Below, piece after piece: positions 25,270-41,400 of a DNA stretch of 64,000 bases. A program made the position numbers and the translations under genes. The stretch is taken from NCBI RefSeq assembly GCF_964204645.1, contig NC_134029.1:15742950-15806949 (forward strand). Reading direction: 5' to 3'. The notes below the pieces were generated by a model that was given only the letters and a program-made list of their open reading frames with translations, did not search any database and was not told where the DNA came from. Numbering within the stretch: the first letter of the stretch is position 1; every line of letters starts with the position of its first letter. The DNA comes from Tubulanus polymorphus. Lineage: Eukaryota; Animalia; Nemertea.

Positions 25270-26157
25270 GAAACCAGTTAATTTCCTCTCGTTAAACGTG
25301 TGTGGTCTTAAACACTAACTTTTATCGCAGGACTTTTTAAACTACATATCAAAATTTGACTGTATTAGCTTAAGTGAAACTCATTTGGATTCGTTGGATG
25401 ATATTACAATCCCAGGTTATACGATATTTTCTAAATTAAGGCCACAGTCAGATCACACTTACAAACCTAGCAGTGGAATCTCTATTATTTTTAATTCTAA
25501 GTTTAAAGATGGTATTGTTCTCGAAACAAACAATCCATTTGTGTTATGGTGTAAATTTGATAAGAGTGTTTTTGCGTCAGATTGCGATACTATTGTCGGA
25601 TCTGTTTATATTCCTCCAGACGGAAGTAATTATAGTACTATTGAGGCGTTTGAGCTAATAGAAAGAGACCTGGTCGGTTTGAATAATTATCAAATTATTC
25701 TTCTAGGGGATTTTAATGCCCATACTGGGACAATGTCTGAATTTGACAATTGTTCAAATACTGTAAATCCGGACCCACTAATTGAGCTAATTGATTGTAA
25801 TGAACTGCTTTTAAACTTCGGTATGACAATTGAACGGTCATTTCAAGAAACTACTCCTATCAATCCCTTCGGGAAAAGACTCATAGACCTGGTTCGGGAT
25901 TTAAATCGCGGACAAGCACTTTCGGACAAGCACTGTCCTGTTGAATTTTCTGTGTTTTTACGTAAGAAAAAGGATAATCAAACAGAAGCACGTAACGATG
26001 ATATGTCTAATTCGGATATCTCGCTGAAAAGACCTTTTTGGGTTTGTGACTCTAGTGACCAGTTCAGAGAAAATATATCCCAGCTTGAGGTAAACTCTTT
26101 ATTAGATGAACTCACTTCCTTAGATCCTCCTTCTCTTGACCAAAACATCATTGATAA
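25270..26157 (+). pseudogene. LINE ORF2 apurinic-type endonuclease domain (inverted segment)
   Basis: SLNVCGL, LSETH, SSGISI, VYIPP, LLGDFNAHTG, SDKHCPV. Confidence 0.88.
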
Positions 26158-28250
26158 TAGGTGATAGGGCACACATCACATCACTTAACGGCAGAGTATA
26201 TATCGTGAAGAGAACAGGACCTAGAACTGATCCCTGCGGTACACCATAAAGCAGAGTTTGACTAGTGGACCTGCTATTTCCAATAACAACAGCAACCTGT
26301 CGCCTTTCCAAATACGATGAGAACCATCTCAAAGCTGCACCACCAATGCCTCTCTCATATAACCTATTTATCATAATGCTATGATCAACCGTGTCGAACG
26401 CGGACGATAAGTCAAGGAGGACAAGTAGCACCTCCTCACCAGCATCCATTGCAGTAAGAATTCTATCACTGACTGAAAGTAACACAGTATCCGTGCTATG
26501 TCCACAACGGTACGCAGATTGAAGAACGTCATACAAGCCATTATCTAGCATGTGGTCGGCGAGCCGAGCAGCTACAATCCGCTCCAACAGCTTCGATAAG
26601 TATGAGAGATTTGATACAGGACGGTAATTTCCATAGCTCTTCTTATTAAGCGTCGGCTTCTTTAGTAGTGGCTTAACTAATGCAAACTTAAACGATTGTG
26701 GAAACACTCCCTCCGACAGGGATAAGTTAATGATCTTAACAAGCACACTGAGAAGAGAGTCTATGCATTCTTTGAGCAGCCATGTTGGAACTGGATCTAA
26801 ACTACAGCTTTTTGCAGGTAAAGATGGGATAGTTTCCTTACTTCTTGCTCAGTTGTTAACTTAAAATGATCAAGTAACCTACAGTTTGGCACCTGAACTT
26901 CAGGATGTACATCAGTGTCAAACTGTGCATAAACTTGAGCAACTATGTCCGAGAAGAATTCACAGAACTTATCTGCTAGAGTAGCATCATCAGCATGGTC
27001 TGGCAGTGGGGACGCACTACTCTTCCCGAGTAATTCATTAATGATGGAAAATAAATCCTTGTCGGAACAGTTCGCTATACGTGAGCTGTGATAGCTCAGT
27101 TTGGCTTTGTTTATGAGATCACAGACAACATAGCTTTGAGTACGGAACATTTGCCTAGAAATCTCTGTCTTTTCTTTTCTCCATTTCCTCTCCTATTTCC
27201 GACACATTTTTCTAGCCTCTCCAATAGTATCATCAACCATGGATTATCCCTAACAACCACTGACCGAGTGATCTTAGGCGCATGAATGTCAAGGATGCCC
27301 CTGAGTACTCCATCATACTGCTCCACCAGTTCATCAAGATTATCGGACGGTTGAGTAATGAAAGAAGACTTGTTAATGCTATCACTGAAACTATCTTTAT
27401 CAATTTTTCTCAGCCTCCTATACGTCTTTGTTTTCTTGACATGTATAGGTTTGAGCAGTTCTAAGGAGCAGTGAACCGCGTAATGATCAGCGGTAAGGAG
27501 GGATCAACAGAAAACTCATTGATCAAGCAGTCATCAACACGAGACACGACAAGATCAATTGTGTGACCTTTGATATGCGTTGCTCCCTGAACATGCTGCT
27601 TTAAACCGAAGCCTTCCAGTAGCTGATTAAATTTGATAACTGGAGCATCACTGACTTTGTCCACATGAATATTTAAGTCACCAGTAATGAGAAGATGTTT
27701 ACTAGTTGTAACTAACTGTTCAAGTAATAATCCAAATTCATTAATAAACTCATTCACTAGACGGGGATATGGGTCTGGTCTGTAGATTGTTACCACTCTG
27801 ATAAACTCGGACCGATAAGTTATTGACGTATCAAGACATGTTGAAATTTTTGAGACTCATACTGGCTAGCTTTCAGTTCATTACGCACCAACAATGCAAG
27901 TCCACCACCTGCTTTATGAGTCCGCGGTTTATGAACCAGGGTGAAACCATTTAGCTCAGACAATAATTCAGCAATAATGATATTGTCACTATCTTTGCCC
28001 TTGAACCAGGTCTCAGTCACAGACACAATATCAGTTTTATTGTCTCGCACTGATTCACATAAAGCGATTACTTTCCCATTAAGTGATCTGGCATTCCATG
28101 TTGAAAACTGCAAACGCGTGAACCTTTTGACATGATTGCCAGCCCGCTTGCCTCGCCTCGTCGAACACCTTCTATAGAGCTTGAGATCCCTAATCATGTA
28201 CGCATGCAAAACGTCGCAGAGAGCGATGCCGGTGTTGGTGTCACTGAGGC
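26158..28250 (-). mobile_element. L2/CR1-group LINE, endonuclease and RT 5' part
   Basis: TWNARSL, VTETW, GGGLA, IYRP, TGDLNIH, GHTIDLV, NYRPVSNL, LLDLSSAFDTVDH, GVPQGSVLGP. Confidence 0.92.
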
Positions 28251-28256
28251 CGGATG

Positions 28257-28483
28257 ATTGTTTGTTTGTCTTTTTGTTTGTTTGGCTTTACGTACGTCGT
28301 TTGGATCATGGTTTCCCAAGACTATTCCTATTGGATTGTTCAATAAACCTCACGACGGTACGGCCTTTGAAGTGTTTCCCGCACACTGTTCGCAGCCAGC
28401 AGGACTCGAACCCACTTGTCACTCAGCATTGATAGTGGATTCAACAGCATCACGCCTTATCTGACGTAGCTAATGAGGCCGCC
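28257..28483 (-). mobile_element. tRNA-derived SINE
   Basis: - strand head GGCGGCCTCATTAGCTACGTCAG (A-box-like), B box GGTTCGAGTCC, 3' (AAAC)n tail. Confidence 0.7.
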
Positions 28484-29749
28484 TGATTCAATTCCAAAAA
28501 ACTACAGCAGCGGCAAATAACCATCGCAATATTGAAATTTACGACAAACAACGCGTAAATTCTATCACTGTTGTTTAACGCATGGAAAATATAATAAAAG
28601 GTATTTTTCCCGGTGCGCATTGCAAAGCGAATCTCTGCCGAGTGCGTATGAGGGTGCTACCGCCTTATGAGTGCGCAGCAGGCGGGTAGGGCGTCCTAAA
28701 GTGAAAACTTATATTAGAATATAGCCGAACCGAATTTTACAATGTCAGTCAACTGATTGATTATACAACATGGTTGTTCTCGGCGTACTTAACAATGATA
28801 TTTTCCTCCAAATACAACTCTGGTAAAATTGAATAAATTGATCTATCTTCATTGGTGATATCGTATCATGGTGGTAGTCTACCGTTTACCGGTTGATGTT
28901 TCGTGTCATCATGAAATGGTTTTAACTTTAGTAAAGGCGTTCCCGCACGATCACATACGGGTTTCAGTCACGAGTAGGCTGCCGTTCCACTGCTCTAGAA
29001 ATACGTATTCTGATGCTGACAATGAATCCCAAATAATCCCATGGATACTGATAGTTGGAATAACAGTGATATCCAAACACTGTGATATTTATAAACCGGA
29101 GGTACATAATTTTATGTTTTTCTATTCAAAAGAAGCTGTTCCCCATTCTTTACTGCCAATGTCAATGCGGACATATCGCTACGCGATTGTTTAACCCGCT
29201 CTCATCTACCAGATAATGAACGAGAAAAATGTGATCGAATAACTTTTTGGACCATTAAATCAGAAATCTGTCGACGCTATGTTGTGGGGAATAATTGAAA
29301 CACTTTTTTAGTCATTTTCAGCTGTTTCTAATGTTTTACGTGAACGGAGTGTCAATTTGAAGTTACTATGAAAATGAGAAGAGTCGGCGCTATTTTTTCG
29401 TACTACTATTTTCGATCCATTTTACTAGCATTGGCATGACGTCATAGACGTCAACCAATGCTAATAATAAAAATAGAACTTTTTAACGATAAATACCTGC
29501 CATGCCCGCTGCAAGGTAATATTGAGTAGGGCGCGTATTGACTATCGATGAATGACCTATATACGTTAACAACATGCCAGCTCGGTGTTCGGGAGTCTCT
29601 CAGCCGGTGCAGTGTGGAAATTAATTGAGAGATCATTGACAGGAGATCGGGAGACGACACTGAACTATAAACAGTGTTTAAAAAGTGAAAGCCTAAAAAC
29701 CACCAGTCAGCAACCATTTCAGACATGGGAAACCATGGCAACTAAGTGA

Positions 29750-30656
29750 ATGGGCTGTGACAAGAAAAGGGCAAATTCATGAAGAAGCTCTGAAGTTTGC
29801 TGAGAGTCAACACTAGAAGAAGATGATGAATGGGGAAACTAAGTACCACCATGTTCAAAATGTAACCGCATGTTTAATTTTTTTAAAGGAGATTGTTCAT
29901 GGTTCCAAGTGCAGGCAGTCAATTTGTAATAACTGCTCCAACGCAGGTGAAAATGCAGAGAATCTGCTGATTAAATGTCTGTGTAATCGATGTTTGACTG
30001 ATTTTCAAACTGTGCAGAAGTTTGAGAGATGGAGACCATTAAGTTGGAGATAAAAAACATGAGAGAAATAATCTTTTATGCTATAGAAATTGAAGAATCC
30101 CGGGTAACCAAAATACACCAAGAAGTTTCTGCAAAAGAAAGCTATAAAATCGAAGAAATGCATAGCTGACATCAGAGAAAAAATCGAGACCCATAGTAGA
30201 ATATTGGATACAAACTTAGAAAATCTCGACATTCTTTCAAATCAAATTAAGCAGATAGGAGTAGACAATTGTCTCCAAGAAATCTACCCATATAATAGGA
30301 GATGGATTTAACACATCAACAAAACATCGACTGAGGGAACCAGTGTTTCAAATAGCTCTTCCAATGATGAGAAACGGTCACACATGATCATATATAACAT
30401 ACCTGAATCAGATAATAAGATTATTTCACTTCTCGGGTGGAAACATTTCTAAATGGGATCATTTAACTTGGTGCAGCCTACTTAAAAGACATCAGAAGAA
30501 TTGGCAATGAATATCAAATGAGGCCACGTCCCAGAAGAGTGATATTTACCAATGTAAATGATCGGGTTTTATGCGTTGAGAATTACATAAAATGGACCAA
30601 CCTGCAACACTCAACGGGATTAAATTGGCTATGAACAGAACAAAAAAAGGAGCAAC
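29750..30656 (+). pseudogene. Decayed LINE ORF1-like remnant, interrupted by Polinton C
   Basis: Cys-rich start, coiled coil, then EKRSHMIIYNIPESD and RRIG..RPRP-like pieces. Confidence 0.5.
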
Positions 30657-30890
30657 AGTAATAGGGTAAGTGTCTTTTCATACCAGAGGTCGAAAGGTCG
30701 AGGTCATAAAAAATAAAAAAGTAAATTCTCACACGCTCGAATTTATTTTTATTTTTCACTCACTCAACCTTTCAACCTCTGATATGAAACAACACTCATC
30801 CTATTACTTATAAATATTATATATATGAACATTATATAAATGAATATTGTATTAATGAAATCAATTTTAATAAAAAAGTATGTATCATAA

Positions 30891-31232
30891 ATGGAGAGTA
30901 AACAAATACACAGTGAATTCTTAAATAGAATTAAAGATACCCAAAAAATGTCAAATCAAAAGATAATAAATTCAAAAAGTTAACAGAATTAACATTACAT
31001 AAGAAGTATTTAATTACAAATATTGAAACAATTACTAATAGATTTGGTAATACATTAGTTTTACTTAGAATATGAAGGATTAAAAGGAAATAAATACAAA
31101 TTCAGAACGTATTTACCAGATAGATTTCATAGATTATCTAGTGAAGATATTGAAGAATTATATTCTGGTGATTTCTATTTCATATACAAAGGTAAGAATG
31201 AAAAAGGATGTCACGATAGAGATTTCGAATAA
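30891..31232 (+). pseudogene. Small putative OB-fold protein (frameshifted copy)
   Basis: MESKQIHSEFLNRIKDT...FKKLTELTLHKKYLI...FRTYLPDRFHRLSSED. Confidence 0.75.
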
Positions 31233-31268
31233 TATAAAATCAATTTTAATAAAAAATTTGATATTAAA

Positions 31269-34885
<3,617 letters not shown>

Positions 34886-35530
34886 AAACCCGAATAAATG
34901 ATTCTATTTGTGATGGAATAATAAAATGTTATTCTAAGTTACGCAACCGGATAATACTAATTAATGATGACAATAAATTATATACTGATTTAAAAATTGA
35001 GAACTGCAAAAATGGGTTGGATATGCTTCATTTAAATTAGGTGGAATAATGACATTAATTTCTTCCGGTGTAATAACATTTTCCAATATCAAACTCATAG
35101 TATATAAATCAGATAATATGGAAACAGATATCGACACAGATCTTAAATCAGAACAAAAATTAAGTAAATAATTAAGTAATTAATGAGGGATGATATTAAG
35201 AAAAAGCCTAGATCTAAAAAACAAATTAAATGGGCAAGGGAATTAGGTAAAAGATCTTCTGAGTTAAAAAGAGCTTAGAAAAAGAAATTAACTGATATAA
35301 ATGAATCACAGAAATTATCTGTTATTAATTCCAATGATAATCCATCTAATTATTCTTATACTGTGAGACATAATAACTTCAATATTACAATTGGATTAAT
35401 CACAGTAATTGTGTTCTCTGGTGTAATATATAAATTCAAATTTAATAATAATGATGATGATGATAAACCTATTATACCAGAAAATAAATAAAATGATCAA
35501 ATCATTGAAAATAAATCTCAATTATTGTTA

Positions 35531-36590
35531 ATGGATTAAAATAAGATGAAATAGAACAATATTTAAGAGATTTATATTTTAACCCAGAGAGTGAAGTATC
35601 ATTTTCTAGTGTTTCGGAATTATGGGATAAAATTAAATTTGATAATGAAAATATAAAATATAGTGAATTAAAATTATGGATACAAAATCAACCAACATAT
35701 CAAATCCATAAGAAAATGGATAAAAGTTATTTAACAAGAAAAGTTATGGTTATTGGCAAGCAGATTTAATTGATATGAAGAACTTAGAAAGATACAATAA
35801 AGGATATTTTTTATATTAAATGTTATACATATATTCAGTAGATACGCATTGAGTTTACCAATCAAAAATAAAACTGGTATAGAAGTTACTCATGCATTCA
35901 AATTAATATTTAAAGAAGCCATTCCAGATGAGATACAATTTGATAAAGGTAAAAAATTTTATAATAAACATTTAAAAAAATTATTATCTGATACGATGTA
36001 GAGTGTTTTTCAACACACTCAGATAAAAAAAAACATCAATTATAGAGGGATTTAATAAAACATTGAAAACTAGAATGTGGAAATATTTTACTACTAATGA
36101 AAAATATAAATATATCGATGTATTGGATGATTTAGTGAAAGGTTATAATAATTCTAAACATTCAAGTATTGCTATGAAACCTATACATGCTATATAAGAA
36201 GATAATTCAGAAGTTGTTTGGAAAAATTCATATGGTGCGTTTGTTACACATGATTTTGGACAACCTAAATCTAAAATTGGACAACATGTTAGAATATCTA
36301 AATATAGAAAAACGTTTTATAAGGGTTATACTCCAGATATTACTGAAGAAATGTTTAAAGTTAAAAAAATTATATGAACTAAACCTTTTGTTTATAAATT
36401 AGAAGATTTAAAAGATGAAGAAATATCAGTTATTTTTATGAACAAGAATTATCACTTGTACCAAATCCAGATGATATAGAATATAAAATAGAAAAAGTAT
36501 TGAAAACAAAAACAATTCGTGGTAAGAAATATAAAGGGTATGACGATAAATTTAATGAATGGATTTTATCTAGTAAAATTAAAAGAATAA
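35531..36590 (+). pseudogene. Polinton rve integrase with a chromodomain-like C-terminus
   Basis: WQADLIDM, IQFDKGK, FNKTLKTRMWKYF, VRISKYRKTFYKGY, FYEQELSLV, YKIEKVLK...KGYDDKFNEWI. Confidence 0.9.
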
Positions 36591-36626
36591 ATAAATAAAG
36601 ATTTATTAATATTTGAACCACATAAT

Positions 36627-37200
36627 ATGTTAATAACTGGAGTAACCAACTGTGGTAAAACACATTTTGTATTAGATTTGTTAGAAACTATTTATAAAAA
36701 TCATTTTGATAATATGATATTATTCTGTCCTACTTATGAAATGAATGAAATGTATAATAGGGATATATTTAAGATAAAAAAGTTTATTATATTAGATCCT
36801 AAAACAGTAAAAGAAAATTTAGATAATTGTATAGAAATTGCATTAGATATTTATAAAGGAACAAATACATTATTTATCATAGATGATTGTGCTAATTTAC
36901 GTGATTCAGAAGTTAACTCTGCTATTTAGCTTTTTCTGGGAGACATTTTGAGATAACGACATGGGTTTTGAATCAAAAATATAATTCGATCGTGAAAGAT
37001 TTTAGAGAAAACATTAGATTATTCTATAACAAAGATGGAAAATCTATGCAACAACCATTGGAAGAAAATCAAATTATACCTACTGAATTACATGATGAAT
37101 ATATGAATAGATTAAAAAGTAATAAAGGTTCAAAATTATTACTGAGACTACAATTTCCATATGAATATAAATTTATAAAAAACAATTTGAAATATTATAT
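36627..37200 (+). pseudogene. A32/FtsK-HerA family genome-packaging ATPase
   Basis: Walker A ITGVTNCGKT, Walker B TLFIIDDC, then GRH...WVLNQKY...FREN. Confidence 0.9.
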
Positions 37201-37217
37201 AATTCAAATTATAGAAA

Positions 37218-37530
37218 CTATTTATATATCTATGTACTAGACGTACGAGTGAGAATCTTGGTAAAAATCTTGAAACAATTCTTACGTACGTCTGGTATAT
37301 AGATATATAAATATTTTTACAATATTATTATGCTAAATATAAATTATATTGAAACCATTTTCAAATGTTTATAGTTAACGTTTGAATAAGTTACAAATGT
37401 GCATTAAATTTATATTTCTAATTCATTTTTGAACATGATCAGTTGATATTATTTTCTAAAATATGATATATTTTTCCAAGAATTCTTCCAAGATTCTTAC
37501 ATATGTCTAGTACTTAGATATCATAAATAG
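37218..37530. repeat. Inverted-repeat spacer between convergent Polinton gene blocks
   Basis: 37218-37274 is inverted at 37474-37530, and its first ~29 bp are also inverted at 37285-37313. Confidence 0.8.
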
Positions 37531-37534
37531 TAAT

Positions 37535-38475
37535 GTAATAATTATTCTAATTTCGTTTCTAATAAGTTTATAAAATCATCTTTGTTCATGTCTAATTTAT
37601 CATAATTCTTAGGTAGATTTATTAATTTTAGTTGAGCCATCATTCTATGATAATTATTATCTACTTTAGCTTCTTTTCTTAATTTTTCATCGTATTTTCA
37701 TAAGTATTCATCGAAATCAAAATCAATTCCAAAATTATTTATTAGATGACTTAAATCTATTTTTATCGAATACAATGATTTATATATTTGTTTAGGATTC
37801 TCTTCTGCATAAGTTAAAAATTTATCAAATAACAACTTATAGAATAATATTAATATAGAATAATAGATAATATTGCCTAGTTTTAGGATTAAAATATTTG
37901 ATATATTTTTGGGGATCATTTAACAGTAGTATCAACATTTAACAGTACTCACCTTTTTATAAACATTAATTAGATGTAATTTTGATTTATAATGAGTATT
38001 TCCATCAACAGGTTCAATTTTTTTATTACAATATTGACACGTTTTATTTCTTTCTATTTCTGCTAATTTCTTTTCATGTCCCTGAGATTTTTAATGTTTA
38101 GAAAAATTTTTTCAGCATAACATTTCGTCATATTATTATCATTAGTTTCAATTGCAATAATATTATCTTTTAAATTATCTGTTATATTATTATCTGTTAT
38201 ATTATTATCATTAGTTTCAATTATATTATCATTATTATTCTTTTCTTTTTCTACATGTTTCTTTGATTTCTTATGTGATGCCCAATTTTTATATGAAATA
38301 TATTTCTTACATATATCACAATATTTTGGATTATGATAATCTTTTTTTGATTCAATATCATATGTATAAGGTATAAAATGTAGAGGTGAAGGGTAGAATA
38401 TTGTCTTCAATTTTAGATTCAATATTATGTTCTATTTTAGTTTCAATTGTATTAGTATCTTCTATTTTAGTTTCA
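37535..38475 (-). pseudogene. Polinton zinc-finger-containing gene remnant(s)
   Basis: YCDICKKYISYKNWASHKKSKKH (C2H2) and a second CQYC...THYKSKLH pattern; N/D-rich repeats. Confidence 0.6.
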
Positions 38476-38477
38476 AC

Positions 38478-41400
38478 AATTGATATTTATAAAGGAACAA
38501 ATACATTATTTTTTATCGATGATTGTGCAAATTTACACGATTCAAAAATTAGAGAAAGTGAATTATGTTATTTAGCTTTTTGTGGTAGACATTTTGGAAT
38601 AAAAACATGGTGTCGTGACTGTACAACGACTTTTAAACGAATAACCGAACAAACTGAAATCCGATTTAACAACGACGTTTATTCAAGAACTTGCAGCAAT
38701 ATATAAGGTTATACCACATGACTAATTATAATAAATATTCGAGCAGCGATAGGTTCATTCCGACCAACATATACAAACATATTACACGTAAACATAATAC
38801 ACGTGTAAACGTGACACTCCCGCCACACAGAAAACGGTTACAGATAATTAGACATTTGTTTGATTTTATCCATTGCAACTGACACAGCAGCCCGAACAGG
38901 TCGATCGTTTAATTCGTTTATTTACAGCTTGGCATTTGTTATCATTTTCATAGAATTTTCTATCTACATGGAGTTCCAATGGGTAGAGACGTGAAATCGG
39001 TTTACTGGTGACTCCCGACGGAGTTTTAACTTCGCACGATCGAACTAGGCCATCATGACCGGGCAACAATTTAGTGACAATACCCATTTTCCACTTCGAG
39101 CGAGGACATTCGTCATAAATCAAAACGACCGCACCAGATTCGACAAATTGACGATTGTCACCAATAGTACGATGAGTTTCTCTTAACCCAGTGAGATATT
39201 CCATACTCCACCTATACCAAAATTGGCCCAGAACCTTAGAGAGGTGCTTGTAACGTTTTGTCACGTTACTCACAGTAACATTATAATCCTCAATACTCGT
39301 ATGAAAATCAGAGTCAGGCATCGCGGTTACTCATCGTCCGCAGAGCAAATGAGACGGAGTAAGTGCGATGTCGTCATTAAAATTAGAATTAACATACGTC
39401 AAGGGACGGTCATTCAATACGGATTCGACTTCTACAACCGTAGTACATAATTCATCGTATGTTAATGTGCGTTTACCCAGGGTTTTCTTCAATGCTGATT
39501 TTGTGAGCCCAATCAAACGCTCCCAAAACCATGCCAAGGTGCACGCTTCGTCATGAATTTTCAATCTACGCGTTTGTTTGAGAAATAACTAGCAAGTGAG
39601 TTAGACATACACTTAAAATTAGTCGCATTGTCAGAAATGATACATCTTGGCATGGAGCGTCGGCCACAGAACCTTTTAAATGCACACAAAAAATCCTCAG
39701 TAGTATTAGATCGTACCACTTCTAAATGTACGGCTCGCGTCACCGAACACGTGAACAAAGAAATATATCATTTGGTACCGTCTTTAACTATTAACGGACC
39801 ACAATAATCCACACCGCAATGGAAAAAGGGTAATGCAGGTGGATCGGGTAGCTTGTAAGGTCGACAAGAAAATTTCTTACAAACAATACAGTTCTTGAGG
39901 CTTGCCTTAACGGCTTGTCGAATGTTAGGTATCCAAAATCTCTCACGTATTTTGGAAACTGTAGAGGCAAGGCCGAAATGCATGACGTCGATGTGAGCCT
40001 CGCGAATGACCAAACGTGTTAAATCAGAATATTTCGGTAATAATAATGGATTGTTACTTCGATGATCTAGAGAACTATACTGAAACCTCCCCTTACATAA
40101 GATAACACCACGATCATCCATGTATAAATTCAATTGGCTAACAATAGGTGGAGGTTTTCCCGTTGAACCCGATAGATAATCATGGGCTTCTTTAAAAACA
40201 CTTTGACACTTAATCAACCACAGTTTTTCGACTGAACTAATTTCGTTACTAGTTAACTGACCGTACGTGCGATCACTCTTTCTTGAACGAGCATTTCTAA
40301 TAAACCGCAAAACAAGAGCAGACACATTCAATAGAGTTTTGTAACTGGAATATCTATTGATATCGACTATTCTATCTATGAATAATTCCGAATCTAGAAT
40401 GTAACAGTTGTCAGGACTCTCTTCGGTATCTACGGGAATTGACAATGCTGAAATATCAATTGTATTTATTTGTTGAATACTCGATGAGCGAAGGCCTGAA
40501 AACCAGTTACAAGTTTTAAAAAAGTCTGCCGATAATCCACGGGTCAACAAATCCGCAGGATTATTGGAAGTTGGACAAAAATTCTAGCTGTCCACATTTG
40601 TTAATTTCTTGATTTCATTAACTCTATTCTTTACGAAAACGGGTAAAGTCTTGTCACAAGTTAGCCAGTCAAGGACAATCATACTATCTGTCCAAAAACG
40701 TACGTTTAGTTTCTTACTACATGCCACCGATATGGACGACTGAACGTGATCAGCCAAACGTGCAGCCACAGTTGCGGCCATAAGTTCGAGTTTAGGGATT
40801 GTTAGAACTCGACCTGGAGCTACTCGTGACTTCGACATTACAAAGGAAAACTCTGATCCGGACTTGAAATAACAAACTGCTCCATAAGCCCTAGAACTCG
40901 CGTCAGAATAAACATGTAATTCCGGGATATTTGAATGCTCATAGAATCCATTAGTAAAGTATAATCTAGGTATTGTGATATTCAATGCCTCAGTCATATC
41001 GCTAGCAATTGAATTCCATTCTAAACAAATGTTAGTAGGCAATAACTCATCCCAATCGAAAGATTGTTTCCATATATCCTGTAATAGAATCTTAGATCTA
41101 ACAGTAACAGGAGATAGTCATAGATACTGCTAGCCTTCCGTAGGATAGTTCGTTTAGTTGTAGGTTTGTTTTCCAATAAAACTGAATTATTCGGAAATTT
41201 GAGTCCCCGTTCACATCCCATAACAAGCCTAGATTTTTGATTCAATCTGAACTCTCGGCTACCTGATCAGACGTTGCACGATTTTTTATTCCTCACAATT
41301 CGAAGCCCAACATCTGAAATTGAAATTAGCTTCCGATTTTAAATCACGACACTCGTGATAAAACTTAATTACATCACATTCGTTCTGGATGCTAGAACTC

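Larger units (their letters stand above)
19815..26157 (-). mobile_element. Near full-length LINE (RTE-X-like) nested in the L2 element, with an inverted 5' segment
   Basis: - strand: PWFDNEC, IIPLYKGKGD, ILLYADDT, MTYGCEVWG, LGEVG, then AATAAA + (TTTCAA)n tail at 19815-19845. + strand 24340-26157: 5' leader, ORF1 and APE endonuclease. Confidence 0.85.

Noticed and set aside
30651-30656. TSD partners for copies B (AAGGTA) and C (AGCAAC)
   Set aside because: No second terminus with a matching 6-mer was found; both copies have only one end in this window.
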